Source: a virus (lineage: Duplodnaviria > Caudoviricetes). Taken from it: a DNA stretch of 64,000 nt. The notes under the pieces were generated by a model. The model was not told where the DNA came from. It saw only the letters and a program-made list of their open reading frames with translations, and ran no database searches. The stretch covers positions 6,903-70,902 of the IMG/VR virus record IMGVR_UViG_3300046786_000774; one strand, written 5' to 3'. Each line of letters opens with the position of its first letter. The stretch's first letter is position 1. Of this stretch, positions 27,901-36,481 are shown piece after piece. The position numbers and the translations under genes are program-made.

Positions 27901-28905
27901 TCACAGGAGCGGCTTCGTTGCCCGTCCGTGGCTTGCCGTGTGCATCGTGCTCTTGCCAGAGCCAAGCTGCTTCGTCACCGTGGTGGGCATCTTGGGAAGG
28001 GTGTAGTTGGTCTTCTTGATCGACCCGTAGAGGTCGTGGAGAGCCGTCATCACAGTGCGGACCTGCTCTGGAGTCTGGCGATCCGTGAGCTCCTTCTTGA
28101 AGCTGTCAACCTTGCCGCTTGCAGCAGCGAGGATTCCAAACATCACGTCCACAACACGCTCTGGAGCGTCCAGTGGGATGATGTGCTCGGGAGGCAGAAG
28201 AGGTCTCCAGGTGTCGCGAACCGAAGCCGTGATAGAATCCATGGACGTGCTGCTGCCGTATGGCTTGTGAATCAGGAAAACCTCGTACATGGAGTTCAAG
28301 GTGGTAAACGCATCAGCCGTTGAACGGGTTTCAGCGTCAGTCACACCGAGAGCACGAAGCTGGTCAGCGTTGATCGTGTCGTATGGGTGCTCGTCACCGA
28401 TGAACACCAAGATTGGACGAACCGAGCGAGCAACGTTGGGGACCGTTGCAAAGTACGCAGCAGCGAGCTCGTAGCTTTCCTTGGTCTGTCCACCGCCATT
28501 ACCTTCGATCACAAGCCCTTCCAGGGCTTCCTTGGCTTCCTCGAAGGTGTCAGCGGGCTTCTTGATTTGAAGCGGGTAGTTGTCGGAATAGGCATCTCCG
28601 ACAGCCGCCATGATGAGCTTCGCATCCTCTCCGAGGTACTGCTTGAGCTCGTGACGAAGGTAGGGAAGCTTGCCAAACATCACGGCAGGCCACTTTCCCA
28701 TCGACCCTGTGACATCCGTGACGACGATCAAGGAAGGGGTGTCGATGTTCAGGTCAGGGAGCACAAGATCCCTTGCGCTGACACGGGCTGCGGTTGCTGC
28801 GGAGTAGCTCCTGTCAACCACGGAACTCGTGTAGGCTGCTCTCGCATCCTTGTAGTCATGGCTGGGAACCCAGGAAGTGGCTGTGTAGTCGGCTGATTCG
28901 CTCAT
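27901..28905 (-). CDS. vWA-domain protein
   Basis: MIDAS-like TDVTGSM, AVGD, EGNGGG..ESYELAA, FIGDE. Confidence 0.85.
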   Translation of the reverse strand: MSESADYTATSWVPSHDYKDARAAYTSSVVDRSYSAATAARVSARDLVLPDLNIDTPSLIVVTDVTGSMGKWPAVMFGKLPYLRHELKQYLGEDAKLIMAAVGDAYSDNYPLQIKKPADTFEEAKEALEGLVIEGNGGGQTKESYELAAAYFATVPNVARSVRPILVFIGDEHPYDTINADQLRALGVTDAETRSTADAFTTLNSMYEVFLIHKPYGSSTSMDSITASVRDTWRPLLPPEHIIPLDAPERVVDVMFGILAAASGKVDSFKKELTDRQTPEQVRTVMTALHDLYGSIKKTNYTLPKMPTTVTKQLGSGKSTMHTASHGRATKPLL

Positions 28906-28912
28906 CTTTTCC

Positions 28913-29944
28913 TCACTTGATCAGATCGTAGGTCACCCCGGGGAAGGCTTTCCCCCTGGTGTTGCGGCTTCCGAAGGCTTTCATTCGAACCTCTGCGATT
29001 TGCCCGAGAAGATCGGTTGACTGCCAGTTCGGCCGCTTGAGTACATCCCGGTCAGTAAGGCGTCGAATGAACGCCGTCAAGTGTTGTGGGATGTTGGTCA
29101 TCCTGGAGAGTTCCTCGGGAGTGGTAAGCTTTCCCGTGAGAGCAAAAGCCATGGTCATCCCAAGGGCGTAGAGATCGGTTTCAGGAAGCAAGGGCGGCCT
29201 GTTAGACCAAAGCTGCTCAGGAGGGGAGAAGTGCTCCGTGAACCCAATGTTCCGGCTCTTCTTGTTGGGCTTGATCATCGCCAACCCGAAATCGATCATC
29301 ACAGCTCCGTGACTCTCGGGTTGGAGGATGATGTTCTGCGGCTTGATGTCGCCGTGAACCACTCCATTCGCATGGAGGTAATTCAGCCCAGCCAAGAGAC
29401 GTTCGAACATCCACCCAACGTGAATGGGATCAATCGACCCAATCTGTTCCACTGCCTGTTCGATGGTGGGGCCGGGGATATGGGACATGATGATCGCCAG
29501 GGCCCCATCCTCCATCTTGAGAACTTCGCGAACAGCAGGAAAGGCGTAGTGACGAATGTCCCAAATCGCTTGGGCTTCATTCAGCATTGCCTCCTCGAAC
29601 TCCGGGGAAACCTCAAGGCAATACTTGAGCACGGCGAGCTTCCTGGTGAGGACATGGCGAACGATGTAAGTTCGTCCCATGGCTCCCTCAGCGAGGTACT
29701 TTACAACCTCGTAGGAACCAATGACCTTCTTCCCATCAAACTCCGAACCCAGGCTCCTGTCGTAGTTTCGACGACGACTCTCATCCGAGAGAGTATCCCG
29801 AGCCTCTGTGAGCCTCGCAAAGAGCTTTGCGCTACCCGTTGGCTTGTCGGGGTGGTACTTGAGAGCCAGGGCCTTGAAGGCAGCCTGGATTACCTCAACT
29901 GAGGCACGGCGGTCGACATTGAGAACTTCGTAGTGGGTTGTCAT
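28913..29944 (-). CDS. J-domain / Ser-Thr protein kinase fusion
   Basis: HYEVLNV...YHPDK J-domain; LAEGAMG, HGDIKPQN, DFG, PPEQ, DLYALG. Confidence 0.92.
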   Translation of the reverse strand: MTTHYEVLNVDRRASVEVIQAAFKALALKYHPDKPTGSAKLFARLTEARDTLSDESRRRNYDRSLGSEFDGKKVIGSYEVVKYLAEGAMGRTYIVRHVLTRKLAVLKYCLEVSPEFEEAMLNEAQAIWDIRHYAFPAVREVLKMEDGALAIIMSHIPGPTIEQAVEQIGSIDPIHVGWMFERLLAGLNYLHANGVVHGDIKPQNIILQPESHGAVMIDFGLAMIKPNKKSRNIGFTEHFSPPEQLWSNRPPLLPETDLYALGMTMAFALTGKLTTPEELSRMTNIPQHLTAFIRRLTDRDVLKRPNWQSTDLLGQIAEVRMKAFGSRNTRGKAFPGVTYDLIK

Positions 29945-29967
29945 GTCTCCACCATAATCATCCCCAT

Positions 29968-30081
29968 TTACCGGGCAAGGGGTTGATCCGTAGTTTGTGG
30001 ACGGGGAATTTGTTCATTTCTACGGCCGTAAATGCCATAGAAAATAGCAGCAAAGGCTGCAAGGAAGAAGATCCTTCCCAT
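29968..30081 (-). CDS. small membrane peptide (37 aa)
   Basis: TGATG-coupled, one TM. Confidence 0.4.
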   Translation of the reverse strand: MGRIFFLAAFAAIFYGIYGRRNEQIPRPQTTDQPLAR

Positions 30082-30200
30082 CAGCCTACCGCCCTCTTCA
30101 CCTTGCCCTCAACGATAGCTGCGACAGCTCCGATCAAGGCAATTGTGGTGTAGATTCCAAGGATTCCGCAAAACCCAACGAAACGGATGTAGCTATTCAT
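30081..30200 (-). CDS. small membrane peptide (39 aa)
   Basis: one TM, follows the 30212 gene. Confidence 0.4.
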   Translation of the reverse strand: MNSYIRFVGFCGILGIYTTIALIGAVAAIVEGKVKRAVG

Positions 30201-30211
30201 CTTTTGCTCTT

Positions 30212-31570
30212 TCAGCGAGGTCCAGTCACCCGGAAGTCACCAGCATGGTTGTACTCGATATTCCAGGTCGCTCCAACGTGGTACTGGTTGTATTCCGTGA
30301 GTGAGGTGGGGGTGTAGTTCCTTGTCCCACGCTCACCAGCATCGAGAGTGACAGCGTAGGTCACGTTCTCTTGGTGGCAATCTACCACTCCATTGTTGGC
30401 AATGTAAAGCTGCTCAGGGTCGCTGGGACACGAAAGGTTGCTTTGTGCACGGAGGGTAGGACGGACAGGAGTGTGGTCGGAACCAGAAAGGTGTGCCCGA
30501 TCCACAGCACTCCAACGTGGGTACTGGTAGGTGCACATCTGGTCGTAGTCAGGGCAGCGGTGGTAGCAGGTGTCGTATGCCGTTCGGTAACAGGTATCAC
30601 AGCTCGTGCTCGACGAACAGGATGTGGTGGTCCTGCAACGCTCGCTGCAAGAAGAGGACCGGGTGCCATTGCTGGAACAAACCGTACGGCAAGAGGTGCT
30701 CGGGCGGCATGTTTCCACCGAACGGCACCGACAGTCATAGGAGACTTGGTGAGGGTTGCACTGGTAAGGATCACAGTTGTGATAGCTACGGATTTCACGC
30801 TCGCAGCTTTCGTTGAAAGAATGGGCAGGTTCCTGGTCTCTCCAGGAATGTCCATTTTGAATGCTTCGCTGGAGAGTTGAAACCTCGTAGTTCCAGGAAG
30901 TGGAGAAGATGGTCGCTGTTCCTGAATGCCAGGAGAACAACCAGAAGAAGAAGTAGATCACCAGGGCAACTGCCACAAATCCACCAACAGGAAGCAAGAG
31001 ACGGGACTCAAAGGTCACTTTCGTCACTTCCTCGTCATCGGACTCTGTGAAGGTGGGTGCACGGTAGTGAGAAGGCTTCCCCGAAGGAGGCGGGGTGGGC
31101 TTAGGGCGCTTGGACGCAGGCTTTGAGCGAGGTCCATCGTAGTCAGGATTGACAATTAGCTGAGGAGTGGAACTGGTGTGGCTGTACTCCTCGAAATACT
31201 CGGGACGGCCCTTGTCGTCCACCTTCGGTGCAGGAAGCTTGGAACCTGGAGTGGTCTCCTGCCCAGAAGAGACGATTTGCTTCTTCTCGGATTGGTCGGA
31301 CCCGCATTCCTCGCACTTCCCCTTAGAAGCACGGTTGCGGTGGCTGCAATACTTGCAGATCCAATCCGGGTTCTTCTCCTCGAAGACCTTGGTGTCCTGA
31401 ACTCGGTTATCGTAGGACATATCCCAGGGGATAATCTCCTCGTGGGTGTCATCAATGGGCTTCCCGCAAGCAACACACTTGTCCTCCCGCCCCTTGTTGA
31501 AGGTGCGGCAGTGTCCGCACTTCCAGTCGTGCTCGATGGTCCAGGTCTTCGTGGTGTACTCTTCGCTCAT
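30212..31570 (-). CDS. membrane protein with two RanBP2-type zinc fingers and a Cys-rich extracytoplasmic insert
   Basis: WKCGHC..N...C..CG, WICKYC..N...C..CG; central TM; Cys/Ser/Thr-rich segment. Confidence 0.8.
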   Translation of the reverse strand: MSEEYTTKTWTIEHDWKCGHCRTFNKGREDKCVACGKPIDDTHEEIIPWDMSYDNRVQDTKVFEEKNPDWICKYCSHRNRASKGKCEECGSDQSEKKQIVSSGQETTPGSKLPAPKVDDKGRPEYFEEYSHTSSTPQLIVNPDYDGPRSKPASKRPKPTPPPSGKPSHYRAPTFTESDDEEVTKVTFESRLLLPVGGFVAVALVIYFFFWLFSWHSGTATIFSTSWNYEVSTLQRSIQNGHSWRDQEPAHSFNESCEREIRSYHNCDPYQCNPHQVSYDCRCRSVETCRPSTSCRTVCSSNGTRSSSCSERCRTTTSCSSSTSCDTCYRTAYDTCYHRCPDYDQMCTYQYPRWSAVDRAHLSGSDHTPVRPTLRAQSNLSCPSDPEQLYIANNGVVDCHQENVTYAVTLDAGERGTRNYTPTSLTEYNQYHVGATWNIEYNHAGDFRVTGPR

Positions 31571-31576
31571 GCAGCC

Positions 31577-31604
31577 AAGGTACGCACAGAGAAAGCTCTG
31601 TCAA
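31577..31604 (-). promoter_or_regulatory. sigma70-like promoter TTGACA-N16-TACCTT, 6 nt before ATG (leaderless)
   Basis: perfect -35; no SD before ATG 31570. Confidence 0.5.
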
Positions 31605-32152
31605 GCATTATACGTGTGCCCAGGAACAAGAGAATGGTACTCGTCCGGGATGTACACATTGGAGATACCGTAGTCCCACTCACTGTCAGTTTCAGCCATC
31701 TCCTTGGCGATAGGGTGGTCTATCTTCGAGATGTCCACAGCAGCAGCAAGGAGTGAATCCCCGTAGATGTCAATGCAGAGCACTTCTTCCCTATTCGCAC
31801 TCAAGAGAGTGGAAATGGGCTCCCAAGGACTCCAACCCTCAAGGTCAACTTCGTAGCTGTCAGCAATCTTCTTGCTTACCGAACACAGCCAAGAGGTGAA
31901 TTCGTCGAGACTTGGAGCTCGTTTTTGAAGGTATGCTCCGCAGCCAGGGCAGTAAGCATGCTTCTTTTTCATTTTTTTGCAACAAGAGTTCAGGTGGTAC
32001 ACCTCCTGGAAGAACTTCTTCAAGAAAGCATTCGCCAAGCTCCTGATCGCATCCTGCGGAGTTTCGTGCAAGGTATCAGAGGTCAGAACCAAGTGACCCA
32101 AAAGGGTTTCGGCTCCATAACCCATCCTGAGAGTTACGAATTTGATAGCCAT
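31601..32152 (-). CDS. hypothetical protein with zinc-ribbon motif
   Basis: YCPGCG; 183 aa. Confidence 0.65.
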   Translation of the reverse strand: MAIKFVTLRMGYGAETLLGHLVLTSDTLHETPQDAIRSLANAFLKKFFQEVYHLNSCCKKMKKKHAYCPGCGAYLQKRAPSLDEFTSWLCSVSKKIADSYEVDLEGWSPWEPISTLLSANREEVLCIDIYGDSLLAAAVDISKIDHPIAKEMAETDSEWDYGISNVYIPDEYHSLVPGHTYNA

Positions 32153-32333
32153 GAGTCAATTACCACCTTTCCATCGTCGCCAAAACGCCGCCAATAGTAA
32201 CCCCAACAAGACCAAGGACCATGATGATCAACGTAAACGTTGTTTTGGCATCACTTCGAGTGCGCAGCAACTCAGCTTGCCTAATTTGCTTGCGACGTTC
32301 AATTTCCTTGTAAATTTCATCTTCTGTCACAGG

Positions 32334-32567
32334 TTACTCCCCCAGGAAGATGATATCAAACCGGGTTGCGGAGGTTCCATCCGGTTCAATACGGACAGGA
32401 ATCCTCCAAACGGGGTTGGTTTCCGTTTTGAGTTGCTGCTGCCTGATCATTTCAGCTTGTCTGTTCATTACTTCCAGCTTTGCTGGTGTGGCAATGAAAT
32501 ACGGGTTGAGCTCTGTGAGCTTGCGGTAGTAGAAGTCTCTTGCAAGACGAAGGGTGATGGTATTCAT
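32334..32567 (-). CDS. hypothetical protein
   Basis: start reassigned to ATG 32567. Confidence 0.5.
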   Translation of the reverse strand: MNTITLRLARDFYYRKLTELNPYFIATPAKLEVMNRQAEMIRQQQLKTETNPVWRIPVRIEPDGTSATRFDIIFLGE

Positions 32568-32607
32568 GGTTCCTGAGTCTAGGATACCAGAAACCATTTG
32601 TTCTCGC

Positions 32608-32919
32608 TCACTTCAGAGCCTCAATTGCCGAACAAGCAGCGGCATACCGGGCAATGGAAATGCACTCAGCAGTATTATCCCACTCTGATTTGGTGAAAAC
32701 ATCCTCGTCGTTCTCGATACCAGTCAGTTGGGTAATGTTCACACGCCGGATGTTTTCACCGGCCACCACCGTAGCCCAGGAAAATTCACGCTCCAACTTT
32801 GTCACAAACACAAGAGTTCCCCATGGAACTCCAAGGTCACTGGCAGCAAGAGGAGACACAATCTGAGCGGTTCCGCCCTCGGAAACTGGTTTTGGCTGCT
32901 TATGGGAAAATGGTTTCAT
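32608..32919 (-). CDS. hypothetical protein (SH3-like)
   Basis: start reassigned to ATG 32919. Confidence 0.55.
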   Translation of the reverse strand: MKPFSHKQPKPVSEGGTAQIVSPLAASDLGVPWGTLVFVTKLEREFSWATVVAGENIRRVNITQLTGIENDEDVFTKSEWDNTAECISIARYAAACSAIEALK

Positions 32920-32926
32920 CGTGCCT

Positions 32927-33991
32927 TCACTTCCTCTTCCTCGTCTTGTAGTCTTCGCCCACAAATTTGAAGATGGTCCTCTGAGTCTTGGGATTCCACC
33001 TCTCTTGGAGAGGCTTGATCACATAACCCTCTCGGGTGTGACCCGGATAGAGCACAGAAGGTCCGTTCCTCAGAGACTCAAGAGAAGGCTCCCAGGGGCC
33101 TCTGTAGAGCTCGGGAACAACGTCCAGGCCCATTGCCAAGGCAATGGCTTCCGTGACATTCCAGTCGTTGTAGCGGCCCAGGGAAGGGTTCCAGGAGTCA
33201 AACACCCGGAAGGTAGCTCCCTTGTCAACTCCATAGCGAAGATCCTGGACTTGACCGTAGACTTCACCGTAGATCACGGTTCCTTCAAGGTTGATGTCGT
33301 TGAATTTGAAAGCCCCGGAAAGGAGTCGCTTGAACCTCTCCTCCATTCCAAGATTCTTGGCGACCTGCCACCAGAGATTCCTCTCTACGCCATCCTGGTC
33401 GACATACTCGGCCTTGACACAAGTACGAGAGCCAACCCAAAGGCGACCATCACGGTAACAAAAACGTCCATTAGCACCATGGATCTTCTCCAGGATGACA
33501 ACCTCGTCACCCTCGTTGATGAGCCCAGCATTTCGGTACTTGGCCCAACCATCAATGTCGGTGTAAATCGGCATGAAGCCGGGATCACGCTCATTCTCAC
33601 CTGTCGTTGCGAGCGTGTCACCTTGGTCCTCGTACTTGGTCAATCCAAGTCGTTCGGCAACATGCGTGCCAACGGGGATCGAGGCAAGCTCCTCCTTGGT
33701 GAAGAGGATCTTTGCAGGGACAAGCAATCCATTTGAGAAGATTCCACGAAGACGAACAGCGTCGATCCTTCGCCCCGGCTTCAATCCTGGGTTGTCCTTG
33801 AGAATTGGGTGCTCCGGGTCCGTTGGGAGAACAGTGTCAGGCGGCAAGAACACCGCCAAGTCACCATTCTCGTACGTTCCCGTACGGAAGATGACGTTCT
33901 GCCCATAGACCTGGGTGATGGAAAGGGTATCGGCGTTTGGGTGTTTGCCAAATCCGCCAATTTGAACCAAGTGAACAAGCCAGTCGCTCAT
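32927..33991 (-). CDS. ATP-dependent RNA ligase (Rnl2/DRB0094 type)
   Basis: KHPNADTL N-domain, EKIHGAN motif I, YGEVYG, FRVFD, EGYVIK, FKFV. Confidence 0.9.
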   Translation of the reverse strand: MSDWLVHLVQIGGFGKHPNADTLSITQVYGQNVIFRTGTYENGDLAVFLPPDTVLPTDPEHPILKDNPGLKPGRRIDAVRLRGIFSNGLLVPAKILFTKEELASIPVGTHVAERLGLTKYEDQGDTLATTGENERDPGFMPIYTDIDGWAKYRNAGLINEGDEVVILEKIHGANGRFCYRDGRLWVGSRTCVKAEYVDQDGVERNLWWQVAKNLGMEERFKRLLSGAFKFNDINLEGTVIYGEVYGQVQDLRYGVDKGATFRVFDSWNPSLGRYNDWNVTEAIALAMGLDVVPELYRGPWEPSLESLRNGPSVLYPGHTREGYVIKPLQERWNPKTQRTIFKFVGEDYKTRKRK

Positions 33992-34012
33992 ATTTTCCTC
34001 TTTTGCCGCAAA

Positions 34013-34456
34013 TCAACGATGAAGCGGCATCTTCATGATCTCAACGAATTCAAGGCGTTCGAAGTAACCATCCCACGGACGGTAGCTCCCATAGTCGCCC
34101 TTCTTGACAGGGGTCTCACAGGCTCGCCTGTCCTCGATTGCTTCTTGCTCTGTCTTCCTCACAGAGTAGAAGTGGAAGTTGCCCAGGGACCTTCCAAAGG
34201 TATCACCCGTTTGGTAGCGAACAACCACCAAGTAAACCTCCGAGCACTCCAGCACGGAAGGATCAACCTCAACGGAGTCCTTGAAGAAGAGATGCTTTGG
34301 CTCAGAAGCATAGAGCCTCTGCACACTCAAGGTTGTGGTCTGGTCAGCTCGATCAGACCAACGCTCCTCGGGGTTTAGCCGCTCTCCACCAGTGGTGGAG
34401 CTGGTGTACTCGATGTAGACCCTGGGAGAGTCGCTCTCTGTGCTATTTCTTTGCAT
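34013..34456 (-). CDS. hypothetical protein
   Basis: 147 aa. Confidence 0.7.
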   Translation of the reverse strand: MQRNSTESDSPRVYIEYTSSTTGGERLNPEERWSDRADQTTTLSVQRLYASEPKHLFFKDSVEVDPSVLECSEVYLVVVRYQTGDTFGRSLGNFHFYSVRKTEQEAIEDRRACETPVKKGDYGSYRPWDGYFERLEFVEIMKMPLHR

Positions 34457-34496
34457 GGTCCCAGGAGAGTAAGAACTCCTGGGAGGAAGTCAAGCT

Positions 34497-34757
34497 TCAC
34501 TTTTCAAAAGTGCCTTGCCCAACGATAATCCTTGGGAAGTTTGAGAGTGGTCCATTTTGGGTCAAGGTGATCTTGACTGAGGTTGGCCCAGTAGAGATTC
34601 GGTTATCGTAGTCTGGTTCGTAGACCTTGAATTCAACCTTCGCGTTGTCGGAGAAGTTGTGTACTTCGTTGATGAATTCCCGAAGGTCCTTGATGGTCGT
34701 GGGCAAGGTGAACTGGTACTCGACTGTGGTGGTGGTTGCGACTTTTGTAGCTGCCAT
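34497..34757 (-). CDS. hypothetical protein
   Basis: 86 aa, GGAG SD. Confidence 0.65.
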   Translation of the reverse strand: MAATKVATTTTVEYQFTLPTTIKDLREFINEVHNFSDNAKVEFKVYEPDYDNRISTGPTSVKITLTQNGPLSNFPRIIVGQGTFEK

Positions 34758-34811
34758 TTGAAATCTCCGAAGGAAGGGTAATGCTCGCCAGGGAAACTGG
34801 CAAGGGGGAAT

Positions 34812-35132
34812 TCACTCGGTATAGAGCGCGTACTCCATCTCGTCCGCTGAGACGTAGAAGAGCTCTTCATTGTACAGACAAACTAAGAAGAGTTTCCTTG
34901 CTGCAAGCCTCCAAACGTAGAGGTAGCAAACATCGACGACATAGACCGGTTCGCGGAAAGGAATCGTTTCTACGTCAAGAAGGTCAGTGGCGGTGGAGTT
35001 GGCTCTCACACCGTTAACCCGCCCAAGGAACTTGATTAGCTGCCCTTTGTAGTCAGCTCTCTCCCTGCTTACAATAAAGCGCTGCGGTCCGCTCAGGTAT
35101 TCGTCGGAAACAGGACGATACAACCTTGGCAT
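34812..35132 (-). CDS. hypothetical protein (small paralog family)
   Basis: PVYVVDV...LFLVCLYNEELFYV. Confidence 0.65.
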   Translation of the reverse strand: MPRLYRPVSDEYLSGPQRFIVSRERADYKGQLIKFLGRVNGVRANSTATDLLDVETIPFREPVYVVDVCYLYVWRLAARKLFLVCLYNEELFYVSADEMEYALYTE

Positions 35133-35135
35133 GAT

Positions 35136-35453
35136 CTACTCTCCATCTCCCAGGACTTCGTAAACTGGTTCACGGAGGATTACCAAGCGTTCTTCGACCA
35201 AGCAAACCAGCGAGACTGTGCCATCCGTTTTATGGATGTAGTCGTTGGTAACCGTCGAGAGAACAACATCAACCACGAAAAGGGTGTCCAGAGACTTAAA
35301 GTCGAGCCCTTCGGACGAACTAAAGTTTCGCTTGTTGCTCTGGATGAAATAGCCGAAATGTTGGCATCCCAAAATGATGTTCTTCCCGATCAAGGTCTTG
35401 CGTCTGGCTGCAAGAAGCCCCTGAGTGAACTTTGGCAACTTATCTTCGGGCAT
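35136..35453 (-). CDS. hypothetical protein (small paralog family)
   Basis: LFVVDVV...SLVCLVEERLVIL; start reassigned to ATG 35453. Confidence 0.55.
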   Translation of the reverse strand: MPEDKLPKFTQGLLAARRKTLIGKNIILGCQHFGYFIQSNKRNFSSSEGLDFKSLDTLFVVDVVLSTVTNDYIHKTDGTVSLVCLVEERLVILREPVYEVLGDGE

Positions 35454-35472
35454 AATGGTGAAAAAACCGGCA

Positions 35473-35706
35473 TCACAGCACCTTGACGGCATCCGTCTCA
35501 AGAATGCCGTACTCACCATCGGTGAGGAGTACCTTGATTTCACTCTTCCCACCCGAGATGAAGTCAACAACCTCCAAGGTGGAGCCTCTGCCATAGTCAC
35601 TTCCGTACCAGAGCTCTCGTCCGGTACGTGGATCGGCGAACTTCACCTCGGTGTCCCTTGTGAACTGAATCTTGAACCTGGGGAGTTGGCTGACTCTAGT
35701 ATTCAT
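35473..35706 (-). CDS. hypothetical protein
   Basis: 77 aa, AAGGAG SD. Confidence 0.65.
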   Translation of the reverse strand: MNTRVSQLPRFKIQFTRDTEVKFADPRTGRELWYGSDYGRGSTLEVVDFISGGKSEIKVLLTDGEYGILETDAVKVL

Positions 35707-35757
35707 AAGGGCTCCTTCTTCTCTCTTCTTGGTAATCCTCCACTATGAGAGGAGTTC

Positions 35758-36072
35758 TCAGAACTCAGAGTCCTGGCACTTGCAAGAGTTGCAACAGTGG
35801 ACGGTCTTCTCTTTGCGTCGGTACTTGATCAACTTTTCCCGGTAACGTCTGTTGCACTCCACGGTGCCGTCTTTCTTGCATACATCACAGCGCAAGTCTT
35901 CCTCAAGACCGCAGTGCTTGCACTTCCGCCAGTAGAACTCGGGATCATAGATCCCAAAGAAGTCCTCCGAGCAGTAGATGTTGGGCTCCACATCCTCCCA
36001 GGAGTGAAACCCACAAGCGCAGAGAGCTCGTCGGAAGATGGAAGGCTTCGGTTGATTGGTTTGTTCGGCCAT
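35758..36072 (-). CDS. Cys-rich hypothetical protein
   Basis: LCACGFHSW, CKHCG, CDVC; start ATG 36072. Confidence 0.6.
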   Translation of the reverse strand: MAEQTNQPKPSIFRRALCACGFHSWEDVEPNIYCSEDFFGIYDPEFYWRKCKHCGLEEDLRCDVCKKDGTVECNRRYREKLIKYRRKEKTVHCCNSCKCQDSEF

Positions 36073-36086
36073 GGTACTCTTTCTTG

Positions 36087-36134
36087 TGGTCGCCTTTCCA
36101 AGAATCGAACTCGGATATCGTGCCAACAAAGGCG
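36087..36134 (-). ncRNA. armless tRNA-like element (acceptor stem + T-arm + A-CCA, 48 nt)
   Basis: CGCCTTT / AAAGGCG 7-bp stem, 13-nt linker, CCGAG-TTCGATT-CTTGG T-arm, discriminator A, CCA. Confidence 0.65.
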
Positions 36135-36476
36135 AATGGGGTTGTTGCTGATTGAATCCGTCCATGCTCGGCCCCTTGCGAGAATTAGACTTTCCTGGAC
36201 CTTTAGGCGTGACCGAGTTGGTCGATCCAAGTGGGATCATTTACTTCAACACCACTTGGTCCCATAAAGGGTGGTGTCAGAGCTTCTGTTTTCAGGAGAA
36301 CCAGCGCCCGAAGCAACGCTGGACATTCCATTTAGACAGGCAAGGCTTCTACTCCATTAGGCTTTGCGGGTGGGTTTCTACAAAGTTCCGGGCGATGAGT
36401 TTAGGCACTTTGGCCTTCTAGACAGGCATTGGGACGGCGTTTCCTTCTTAGCTCTCAGTTGGTCGTTGCTGCCACA
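36087..36476 (-). ncRNA. candidate ~390-nt structured ncRNA
   Basis: longest stretch without a convincing ORF; own promoter; several hairpins incl. cUUCGg; ends in tRNA-like element. Confidence 0.45.
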
Positions 36477-36481
36477 CCCAC

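Noticed and set aside
35829-36240. Alternative upstream starts extending ORFs across the ncRNA candidate
   Set aside because: The extensions are Pro/Ser-rich, lack an RBS and deviate from genome codon style; ATG 36072 has a purine-rich RBS.
36087-36476. tmRNA, RNase P RNA or Y RNA assignment for the non-coding region
   Set aside because: No G3:U70 or tag ORF; GGGGCCG does not pair with the 3' acceptor strand; RNase P-like words are in the wrong order and lack P4 complementarity; the Y RNA permutation order is not met.
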